A stretch of 64,000 nt of DNA. It comes from Octopus sinensis. Taxonomy: Eukaryota. Position numbers and translations under genes: made by a program. Positions 12,358-23,743 of the stretch are shown piece after piece (the stretch's first letter is position 1; every line of letters begins with the position of its first letter). A model generated the notes under the pieces. The model saw only the letters and a list, made by a program, of their open reading frames with translations. It was not told the origin of the DNA and did no database searches. The stretch covers positions 13,950,001 through 14,014,000 of the forward strand of contig NC_043023.1 of NCBI RefSeq assembly GCF_006345805.1. Reading direction: 5' to 3'.

Positions 12358-12909
12358 ATTTATTTATTTTTCTAAAATTTTCCCTGTGTCTTGCAACCTT
12401 TTCAATGGAAATTTTAGAAAAATCATCATCATCATCGTTTAACGTCCGTTCTCCATGCTAGCACGGGTTGGACGGTTCGACCGGGAATCTGGGAAGCCAG
12501 GCTCCAGTCTTGATCTGGTAGAGTTTCTACAGCTGGATGCCCTTCCTAACGCCAACCACTCCGTGAGTGTAGTCGGTGCTTTTTACGTGCCACGGGCACG
12601 GGGTCAGACGAAGCTGGCAACGGCCACATTCGGATGGCAAACTGGCAAAAATAAATAAGCAATTGAGTGGAAATTTTACCGGTGAGTGTGTTAAATTAAT
12701 AAGGCACAAAAAGAGAATGACTCTCCCCACACACAACAACATGCTTCAACACACGAATCCACATAAAGAATCTTGCAAACCAAATCCCCAAAACGAAACA
12801 TAACTCCATCTATTTGCGTAAAACGAAATTACTTTCTTGCCAACCCAATTATAAAGCAATGTCTGCCTGTCTAATATGCCCTTTTTTTTCTTCTCATTTT
12901 CTCTTTCAG

Positions 12910-12993
12910 GAGCCCTTAATCATAAGTACTTCCTTGCATTCCTGGTGTTTGTACTTGCGACCCTCTTCCTTTATATCCACAGCTGTGCATTGT
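12910..12993 (+). CDS. ZDHHC17: ZDHHC17-like exon F
   Basis: CTCTTTCAG acceptor, GTGAGT donor; 84 nt, phase 1-1; (G)ALNHKYFLAFLVFVLATLFLYIHSCAL continues the DHHC domain (xNHxYF). Not in the ORF track. Confidence 0.93.
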
Positions 12994-13018
12994 GTGAGTA
13001 AGGTCTTGGACTATTCTT

Positions 13019-13793
13019 GTTTCTTTATTGCCCCACAAGGGGCTAAACATAGAGGGGACAAACAAGGACAGACAAACGGATTAAGTCGATTACATCGACC
13101 CCAGTACGTAACTGGTACTTAATTTATCAACCCCGAAAGGTTTAAAGGCAAAGTCGACCTCGGCTGAATTTGAACTCAAAACGTAGCGGCAAATGAAATA
13201 CCTATTTCTTTACTACCCACAAGGGGCTAAACATAGAGGGGACAAACAAAGGGATTAAGTCAATTACATCGATCCCAGTACGTAACTGGTACTTAATTTA
13301 TCGACCCCGAAAGGTTTAAAGGCATAGTCGACCTTGGCTGAATTTGAACTCAGAACGTAGCGGCAGACGAAATATCTATTTCTTTACTACCCACAAGGGG
13401 CTAAACACAGAGAGGACAAACAAGGACAGACAAAGGGATTAAATCTATTACATCGACCCCAGTGTGTAATTGGTACTTAATTTATTGACCCCGAAAGGTT
13501 TAAAGGCAAAGTCGACCTTGGCTGAATTTGAACTCAGAACGTAGCCGCAGACGAAATACCTATTTCTTTACTACCCACAAGGGGCTAACCATAAAGGGGA
13601 CAAACAAGGACAGACAAAGGGATTAAGTCGATTACATCGACCCCAGTGCGTAATTGGTACTTATTTAATCGACCCCGAAAGGATGAAAGGCAAAGTCGAC
13701 CTCGGCGGAATTTGAACTCAGGACATAACGGCAGACGAAATACCGCTAAGCATTTTGCCTCGCGTGCTAACGATTCTGCCAGCTCGCCGCCTT
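13019..13793 (-). mobile_element. tRNA-derived SINE family B, tandem array of four ~180-bp units
   Basis: Units start near 13019, 13202, 13375 and 13559; only the last retains the head (GGCGGCGAGCTGGCAGAATCGTTAGC on minus). Confidence 0.9.
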
Positions 13794-14599
13794 CAAGAAT
13801 AGTCTTGGACTATTGTTGTTGTTGTTTTTTTTTGTTCTGTCGGGTGGTGGGTGGGTGGAGTGGTTGCCTTATATTGGCACCGGCACGGGTGCTTTTTACA
13901 TGGCACCGGCCCCTTTTATGTGGCACTGTCATGGGTGTCCTTTATGTTGCACTGGCAAGGCCACCTTTTATGTGACACCAGCATGGGTGCTATTTACGTG
14001 GCACCGGCACGTGTGCCTTTTATGTGGCACCTTCATGTGTGCCAAGTGCTGCGTACGTGGCACCAGCATGGCTGATGGCAAAATGTAATTGTTATTGATT
14101 GCTAACAATGGCATGCTCTTTACTCTTTTACTTGTTTCGGTCATTTGACTGCGGCCATGCTGGAGCACTGCCTTTAGTCGAGCAAATTGACCCCGGGACT
14201 TATTCTTTGTAAGCCCAGTACTTATTCTATCGGTCTCTTTTGCCGAACCGCTAAGTGACGGGGACGTAAACACACCAGCATCGGTTGTCAAGCAATGCTA
14301 GGGGGACAAACACACACAAACACACAGACATACACACACATATATATACATATATACGACAGGCTTCTTTCAGTTTCCGTCTACCAAATCCACTCACAAG
14401 GCATTGGTCGGCCCGAGGCTATAGCAGAAGACACTTGCCCAAGATGCCACGCAGTGGGACTGAACCCGGAACCATGTGGTTGGTTAGCAAGCTACTTACC
14501 ACACAGCCACTCCTGCTCCTTACTTTGAATTAAATATATACAGCTTCTCCTTGACTTATGGTCTATGCAACTTGTGACCATCCGCACGTACGACCGCTT

Positions 14600-14965
14600 C
14601 TTAACATAGTCACCATTTCTCTTAATAGCAATGTTCCACCTTCGAATGAGAGCGTGTATCCCTGCCCCACAAAATTCTGTTGACTGTTCTTTCAGCCACT
14701 TCTTCAGTACAGTTTTCACTTCCTCATCACTGGAATAATGTATGCCTCTCAAACCCTCTTTCATGGGTTCGATGAGATGATAGTCCAGTGATGAGGAAGT
14801 GAAAACTGTAGAGAAGTGGCTCAAAGAATAGCCTACAGAATTTTACGGGGCAGGGATACATGCTCTCATTCGAAGGTGAAACATTGCTATTGGGAGAAAC
14901 GGTGACTGTGTTGTGAAGTAGGGATGTGATCCACAGAGGACCAGCTTCATTTTGATGTATGATAC
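14600..14965. mobile_element. Mariner transposase C-terminal remnant as an inverted pair
   Basis: Minus frame DYHLIEPMKEGLRGIHYSSDEEVKTVLKKWLKEQSTEFCGAGIHALIRRWNIAIKRNGDYV; the same region recurs on + from about 14785. Confidence 0.85.
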
Positions 14966-16325
14966 ACTAGCAGTATCGCCCGGCGTTGCTCGGGTTTGTA
15001 AGGGAAATAACTATATAAGCATTTTTAGAGATGTAAAGTATAATAGCCATCTCAATATGGCTAACCACAATGGGGGGGGTGTTACTGTAGCTTTTTACGT
15101 TCTGAGATTTAATAATACATTTTTAGAGAGTTACTTCCCTTATATAATAGCAAAAAAATGCATTAAAAATGGGAAAAAATGATGGTAAATTTTTTTTTAA
15201 ATTGTAGACTCATCGTAGACGCGCGCTAATATCCAGAAGGGCTCGATATGAATCACGACTATAAGATACCCGTTTTTGGGTAAACTGCACCGCAAAACTG
15301 GGAGTAGTTAGGATCTAAATCGTAGGAGACAGACACACAACTTCACTTTTATATATAACTAGCAGTATAGCCCAGCGTTGCTCGGGTTTGTAAGGGAAAT
15401 AACTATAAAGCATTTTTAGAGAGTTATAGCCAAAAAATAGCAAAAAAATGCATTAAAAATGGAAAAAAACTATAGTAAATTTCTTTTAAATCGTTGACTC
15501 ATCGTAGACATTTTTAGAGAGTTACTTCCCTTATATAATAGCAAAAAAATGCATTAAAATGGAAAAAAATGATGGTAAATTATTTTTAAAATCGTAGACT
15601 CATCGTAGACGTGCGCTAATACCCAGAAGGGCTCGATATGAATCACGACTATAAGATACCCGCTTTTGGTTAAACTGCACCGCAAAATGTGGGAGTAGTT
15701 AGTTAGTTAGTTAGTTAATTTGGCTCAAAAGCAAATAGCAAGGCCATGTAGGGGGACATGGAGTTAAGTACAGGGTGGTGTTCATGTAAAGAGTTCAGGC
15801 CACTTGAGGTCAAGGGAGGCTTTGAACAAAGCGGTCGTCGGCATCTTTACCATCTCGTCTGGCAGCTTGTTCCACAGATCCGCAACCCGGACGGAGAAAG
15901 CTCCTCTCCTTCGATTGAGATGAAATCGTCGCAGGTAGAGCTTTTTGGAATGACCCCGCAGCCGACGCTCTGGAGCAGGAGTGAAGAACAGCTCTTTCAA
16001 GAGGTTACACTTTCCGCTTATGATGCTGTGGGCGAGAATGAGATCACCACGGCGGCGGCGTTTTTCTAGAGAATAAAGGTCGAGTGTCCTCAGCCTTTTT
16101 TCATAGGACAAATTTTTGAGACCAAGAACCATGCGGGTAGCCAGCCTCTGGACTCTTTCGAGATGCTGTATGTCTTTGAGGAGATAAGGAGAAGAGGCTT
16201 GAATCCCGTATTCCAAAATGGGTCTCACCGGCGTGACATAGAGTGGTAGGAATATGGCTGAAATATGGTTAGGAATCTAAATCGTAGGAGACAGACACAC
16301 AACTTGACTTTTATATATAAAGATA
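14966..16325 (+). mobile_element. Two tandem Helentron/DINE-1-like non-autonomous elements
   Basis: Both start ACTAGCAGTAT(C/A)GCCC(G/A)GCGTTGCTCGGG (subterminal hairpin) at 14966 and 15358 and end CAGACACACAAC...TTTTATATATA. Class assignment is by resemblance. Confidence 0.7.
15700..16268 (-). mobile_element. 5'-truncated CR1-clade LINE nested in the Helentron-like element
   Basis: Open 148-aa frame RPILEY...LERVQRLATRMV...SYEKRL...RRRRGDLI...RGHSKKL...FSVRVADLWNKLP; (AACT)n tail at about 15700-15717. Confidence 0.92.
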
Positions 16326-16721
16326 TTCCTATGTTGGTAATTATACCTGTCCTAAACGAAATGGTTTTATTTTTTTGACTGTGTGGTTAGGGAGCTTGCT
16401 TTCTAACTACATGGTTTCGGGTTCAGTCCCACCTCGTGGCACTTTGGGTAAGTGTCTTCCACTATAGCCCCGAGCTGACCGGAGCTTTGTGATTGAATTC
16501 GGTAGGTGGAAGTTACTGCCGTGTATGTATGTGTGCGTATAGCTGCTCAGTGCCTCTCCGAAAGAGAGAGAGAGGGATATATATATATATAACGGGAAGC
16601 TTTATGAAAATAGACAAAAGACGAAGGCAGGTTTACGGAAAATAAACAAAAGACGAAGGCAGGTGGAATACAAACAAACAATTGTATTAGTATGGCGCTC
16701 AGGAACTATAAATAAAACAAG

Positions 16722-16759
16722 TCCTTAACGTTTCGAGCCTACGCTCTTCAACAGAAAGA
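16722..16759 (-). ncRNA. Minimal type-I hammerhead-like motif (CUGUUGA core variant) in a PLE-like terminal repeat
   Basis: Minus strand: TCTTT CTGTTGA A GAGC-GTAG-GCTC GAAAC GT T AAGGA; decayed sister copy at 28302-28339. Confidence 0.55.
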
Positions 16760-17280
16760 TACACAGAGAAGAAACACGGAGAGAAACATATATATATACT
16801 CTTTTACTTGTTTCAGTCATTTGACTGTGGCCATGCTGGAGCACTGCCTTTTAGTCGAACAAATCGACCCCCAGGACTTAGTCTTTGTAGGCCTAGTACT
16901 TATTCTATCGGTCTCTTTTGCTGAACCGTTAAGTTTACTCTTTTACTTGTTTCAGTCATTTGACTGTGGCCATGCTGGTGCACCGCCTTTAGTCGAGCAA
17001 ATCGACCCCAGGACTTATTCTTTGTAAGCCTAGTACTTATTCTATCGGTCTCTTTTGCCGAACCGCTAAGTTTACTCTTTTACTTGTTTCAGTCATTTGA
17101 CTGTGGCCATGCTGGAGCACTGCCTTTTAGTCGAACAAATCGACCCCCAGGACTTAGTCTTTGTAGGCCTAGTACTTATTCTATCAGTCACTTTTTGCTA
17201 AACCACTAAGTTATTGTATTTACATTTCTACGAGATGTTCAGTTTTCCTAACTCTAAATTTTGCTTTTCGTTCCTCCCAG

Positions 17281-17438
17281 ATTGGGCACACAACTGTCCG
17301 TGGGATTTCTACGTAGATGGAGTAACGGGAATTTTCTCCAAAATCTTCACCACTTCACCATGGATTGGTTGGACAGCAATCAATGCCGCTGGTCACACTA
17401 TTTGGGTCACACCTGTCTTAATTTGTCAGTTATATCAG
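17281..17438 (+). CDS. ZDHHC17: ZDHHC17-like exon G
   Basis: CCTCCCAG acceptor, GTGAGT donor; 158 nt, phase 1-0; (Y)[52 protein letters not shown]. Confidence 0.93.
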
Positions 17439-17529
17439 GTGAGTTGAACACATTTATGCAATTATGGAGACGAATGTATTTTATAAACACCTTTTTTTCC
17501 TATTCTCTCTCTCTCTCTACACACACACA

Positions 17530-18985
<1,456 letters not shown>

Positions 18986-19159
18986 TTCTTTTATTCTTTT
19001 ACTTGTTTCAGGCATTTGACTGTGGCCATGCTGGAGCACTGCCTTTTAGTCGAACAAATCGACCCCCAGGACTTAGTCTTTGTAGGCCTAGTACCTATTC
19101 TATCAGTCTCTTTTTGCTAAACCACTAAGTTACGGAGTGTAAGCACTCCAGCATTGGTT

Positions 19160-20900
19160 GACCCCCCAGTGTTTCACTGGTACCTGTATTATCGACTCTG
19201 AAAGGATGAAAGGCAAAATCGATCTGAGCGGAATTTGAACTCAGAACGTAGCGACAGACGAAAAACAGCTAAGCATTTCGTCCTGAGTGCTAACGATTTT
19301 GCCAGCTTGCCGCCTTAACGATGACAGTAATAATTGTCCAAAAGGCGGCGAGCTGGCAGAATCGTTTGCACGCTAGGCGGAATACTTAGCGGTATTTCGT
19401 CTGCCATTACGTTCTGAGTTCAAATTCTGCCGAGGTCGACTTTGCCTTTCATCCTTTCGGGGTCGATAAATTAAGTACCAGTTACACACTGGGGTCGATA
19501 TAATCGACTTAATCTGTATGTCTCTCCTTGTTTGTCCCCTCTGTGTTTAGCCCCTTGTGGGTAGTAAAGAAATAGATGACAGTAATAATTGTTTCTACAA
19601 GGCCTGGAATTTGTGGGGAAGGGGATAGTTGATCACACCAAACCCAGTACATGACTGGTATTTAATTTGTCTGTCCGTGTTTGTCCTCTCTGTGTTTAGC
19701 CCCTTGTGGGTAGTAAAGAAATAGTTATTTAATTTATCGACCCCGAAAGGATGAAAGGCATAGTCGACCTCGGCGGAATTTGAACTCAGAATGTATCGAC
19801 GGGTGAAACACCGCTAAGCATTTCATCCAGCGTGCTAACGATCCTGCTAGCTTATTGCCATAACGACGACAGTAATAATGATGATGACGATAACAGTGAT
19901 AATGTGTCATCCAGAGTACTAACGATTCTGCCCGCTCTCCGCCTTAACGATGACAGTAATAATCCTTTCTACAAGGCCTGGAATATGTGGGGAGGGGGAT
20001 AGATGATCACACCAAACCTGGTACATGACTGGTATTTAATTTATCGACCCTGAAAGGATGGAAGGCATAGTCGACCTCAGCGGAATTTGAACTCAGAATG
20101 TATCGACGGGCGAAGCACCGCTAAGCATTTCATCCAGCGTGCTAACGATCCTCGCAGCTTGCTGCCTTAACGACGACTGTAATAATCCTTTCTGCTACAG
20201 GCACAAGGCCTGGATTGTGAGGGGAGGGGGATAGTTGATCACACCAACCCCAGTATGCAACTGGTACTTAATTTATCGACACCGAAAGGATGAAAGGCAA
20301 AGTCAACCTCGGCGGAATTTGACTCAGAATCTAGAGATGGCGAAACAAACACCGCTAAGCATTTCATCCAGCGTGCTAACGATCCTGCTAGCTTATCACC
20401 TTAACGATGACAGTAATAATGATGATGACGATAACAGTGATGATGTGTCGTCCAGAGTGCTAACGATTCTGCCAGCTCACCGTCTTAACGATAACAGTAA
20501 TAATCCTTTCTACAAGGCCTGGAATTTGTGGGGAGGGGAATAGTTGATCACACCAAACCCAGTACATGACTGGTATTTAATTTATCGACCCCGAAAGGAT
20601 GAAAGGCATAGTTGACCTCAGCAGAATTTGAACTCAGAACGTAGCGGCAGACGAAGCACCGCTAAGCATTTCATCCAGCGTGCTAACGATCCTCGCAGCT
20701 TATCGCCTTAACGATGACAGTAATAATCCTTTCTGCTATAGGCACATGGCCTGGATTTGTGAGGGGAGGTGGATAGTTGATCACACCAACCCCAGTATGC
20801 AACTGGTACTTAATTTATCGACCCCGAAAGGATGAAAGGCAAAGTCGACCTCGGCGGAATTTGAACTCAGATGAAATACTGCTAAGCATTTCACCCAGCA
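19160..20900. mobile_element. Cluster of SINE family B copies in both orientations with GATGACAGTAATAAT spacers
   Basis: Full + copy at 19341-19575 flanked by multiple minus copies. Confidence 0.85.
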
Positions 20901-21322
20901 TCCTAATACTCTATACTCTTTTACTGGTTTCAGCCATTTGACTGCGGCCATGCTGGAGCACCGCCTTTAGTCGAGCAACTCGACCCCGGGACTTAGTCTT
21001 TGTAAGCCCAGTACTTATTTTATTGGTCTCTTTTGCTGAACCGCTAAGTAACGGGGACATAAACACACCAGCATCGGTTGTCAAGCAATGCTAGGGGGAC
21101 AAACACAGACACACAAACATACACACATACATATATATATACATATATACGACAGGCTTCTTTCAGTTTCCGTCTACCAAATCCACTCACAAGGCTTTGG
21201 TCAGCCCGAGGCTATAGAAGAAGACACTTGCCCAAGGTGCCACGCAGTGGGACTGAACCCGGAACCATGTGGTTGGTAAGCAAGCTACTTACCACACAGC
21301 CACTCCTGCGCCTAATGATCCT

Positions 21323-21793
21323 TATTTCTTTACTACCCACAAGGGGCTAAACACAGAAGGGACAAACAAGGACAGACAAAGGGATTAAGTAGATTACATC
21401 GACCCCAGTGCGAAACTGGTACTTATTTAATTGACCCCGAAAGGATGAAAGGCAAAGTCGACCTCGGCAGAATTTGAACTCAGAACGTAATGAGGGGTGA
21501 AATACCGCTAAGCATTTCGCCCGGCATGCTAACGATCCTGCCAGCTTGCCGCCTTAACGATGATGGTGGCTAGCTGGCAGAATTGTTAGCACGCTGGGCG
21601 AAATGTTTAGCGGTATTTCGTCTGCTGCTACGTTGTGAGTTCAAATTCCGCCGAGGTCGACTTTGCCTTTCATCCTCTCGGGGTCGATAAATAAAGTACC
21701 AGCTACGCACTGGGGTCGATATAACCGACTTAATCCGTTTGTCTGTCCTTGTTTGTCCCCTCTGTGTTTAGCCCCTTGTGGGTAGTAAAGAAA
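21323..21793. mobile_element. Head-to-head inverted pair of SINE family B
   Basis: Minus copy 21323-21555 and plus copy about 21566-21793, spacer about 10 nt. Confidence 0.88.
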
Positions 21794-21866
21794 GAAATAA
21801 TAAAGATGATGACGATAACAGTGATGATGATGATGATGATGATGGTCTTTTTTTTCTCTCTTCTAG

Positions 21867-21976
21867 ATCACATGGCTTGGCATGACAACCAATGAACGTG
21901 TGAACATGACTCGTTACAAACATTTCCAGTACAGCAAACAGGAGAACGGCAAAATAGAGTACAGAAGTCCTTTCCA
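21867..21976 (+). CDS. ZDHHC17: ZDHHC17-like exon H (TTxE motif)
   Basis: TTCTAG acceptor, GTGAGT donor; 110 nt, phase 0-2; ITWLGMTTNERVNMTRYKHFQYSKQENGKIEYRSPF. Not in the ORF track. Confidence 0.95.
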
Positions 21977-22209
21977 GTGAGTTCCATTCATAATATCCAA
22001 TTTAACTTGTTTCCTCCCTGTTTCACCTGTCTCACCTCCTCCCTGACCGACGCAATAAAATGTGTCGCTCGGTCCATTCGCTTTCTTAATATCTACCCAT
22101 CTCTCTTTCTCTCTGCATGTATGTATGATGTTTGTGCATGTGTATATGTGTCTGTATGTGTATATATGTATAAAATGAAATAAATGAAAAACAGGACGCA
22201 AAGGATGTT

Positions 22210-22302
22210 GCGGTACATATGTTTCGGGCTTTATAGAACAACTTATTCTTACATCAATGCATAATTGATATAATAGATATATCAAAAACCTTCTTCAGCC
22301 GC
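22210..22302 (-). ncRNA. Type-I hammerhead ribozyme motif with canonical core and enlarged stem II
   Basis: Minus strand: GCGG CTGAAGA A GGTTTTT...(~50 nt)...AAAGCCC GAAAC ATAT GTA CCGC; stem I GCGG/CCGC, palindromic stem III ACATATGT, GUA triplet. Confidence 0.68.
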
Positions 22303-22336
22303 GTACAATTACCACACCAAAGACTTGTATCACGTT

Positions 22337-23292
22337 ACTAGCAGTATCGCCCGGTGTTGCTCGGGTTTGTAAGGGAAATAACTATAAAGCATTTTTAGAG
22401 AGTTATAGCCAAAAAATGGAAAAAAAATGATGGTAAATTTTTTTTTAGTTAAAAAGGTCGAGTTGCGTCCCCTAGACAGTCTGTGGTTTGTGTTTCTGAT
22501 TCTCGACCCCATGTCGAATTTATCGATTTTTTCAGAACTGGGGGAACTTTTCAAAAGTTTTGCTGCGTTAGTTTTGAATTATGACATTGGGCTATGTGTG
22601 TGTCAAGTTTCATCAGAATCGGTTGAAAGCCGTGGTCAGGGTGAGGGTACAACCTGACAGACACACAGACACACAGACAGACAAACTGCCGTTTATATAT
22701 AGAGAGAAAGCTTCACCATGAGTTTGGTGAAAATCGATTGCAAGTTGCGAAAACTACAACAGAAAATGTGTTGCAAATAAAAAGCTTAGATTCCTGACCC
22801 CATGTTGAATTTATCGATTATTTTCAGAACTGGGGGAACTTTTCAAAATTTTCGCTGCGTTAGTTTTGAATTATGACATTGGGCTATGTGTGTGTCAAGT
22901 TTCATCAGAATCGGTTGAAAGTTGTGGTCAGGGTGAGGGTACAACCTGACAGACACACAGACACACAGACAGACAAACTGCCGTTTATATAGAGAGAGAA
23001 AGCTTCAACATGAGTTTGGTGAAAATCGATTGCAAGTTGCGAAAACTACAACAGAAAATGTGTTGCATATGACAAGCTTAGATTCTCGACCCCATGTCGA
23101 ATTTATCGATTTTTTTCAGAACTGGGGGAACTTTTCAAAATTTTCGCTGCGTTAGTTTTGAATTATGACATTGGGCTATGTGTGTGTCAAGTTTCATCAG
23201 AATCGGTTGAAAGCCGTGGTCAGGGTGAGGGTACAACCTGACAGACACACACACACACACACAGACAAACTGCCGTTTATATAGAGAGAGAT
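22337..23292 (+). mobile_element. Helentron/DINE-1-like element with three ~291-bp internal repeats
   Basis: Same 5' end as 14966; GACCCCATGT(C/T)GAATTTATCGAT recurs near 22500, 22791 and 23083; ends TTTATATAGAGAGAGAT. Confidence 0.75.
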
Positions 23293-23602
23293 AACAGGTT
23301 TGATAAAAAACCGAGTTTCATTGGGAAAGTATGTTTATTACACACATGTGAGTGAGAACACTTTGAGATATTTTTGGTATCTAACATATGTCAGATACTG
23401 CGAGCGCTGCTTCTGATTGGTCAATCCATGGTGATGACCCGAGGTCACGGTGACAGCGCTGCTTCTGATTGGTCAATCCATGGTGATGACCCGAGGTCAC
23501 GGTGACAGCACTACTTTTGTCATTCATAAGTTACAACTAAACGTGAAGAATTTAGTTTTGGGGTTAATAAAATATGGTCGTTTATTCATGTGTAATAAAT
23601 AA

Positions 23603-23743
23603 AATACCAAATGAGTTCCCTATGGATACCGTATTTATTACAACGAGTGGCTTGTAAACGTATCTAACTCGCTTTCGCTCGTTAGATACGTTTACAAGCC
23701 ACTCGTAATAAATACGGTATCCATAGGGAACTCGTTTGGTATT
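23603..23743. other. Near-perfect 63-bp hairpin
   Basis: 37-bp outer stem (one U.G), 3-nt bulge, 26-bp perfect inner stem, 12-nt loop TCGCTTTCGCTC. Confidence 0.95.

Noticed and set aside
13019-13793. Regularly spaced repeats resembling CRISPR arrays (also 1-850, 56750-57341)
   Set aside because: Whole units are repeated with no unique spacers; eukaryotic SINE/MITE-derived; no cas genes.
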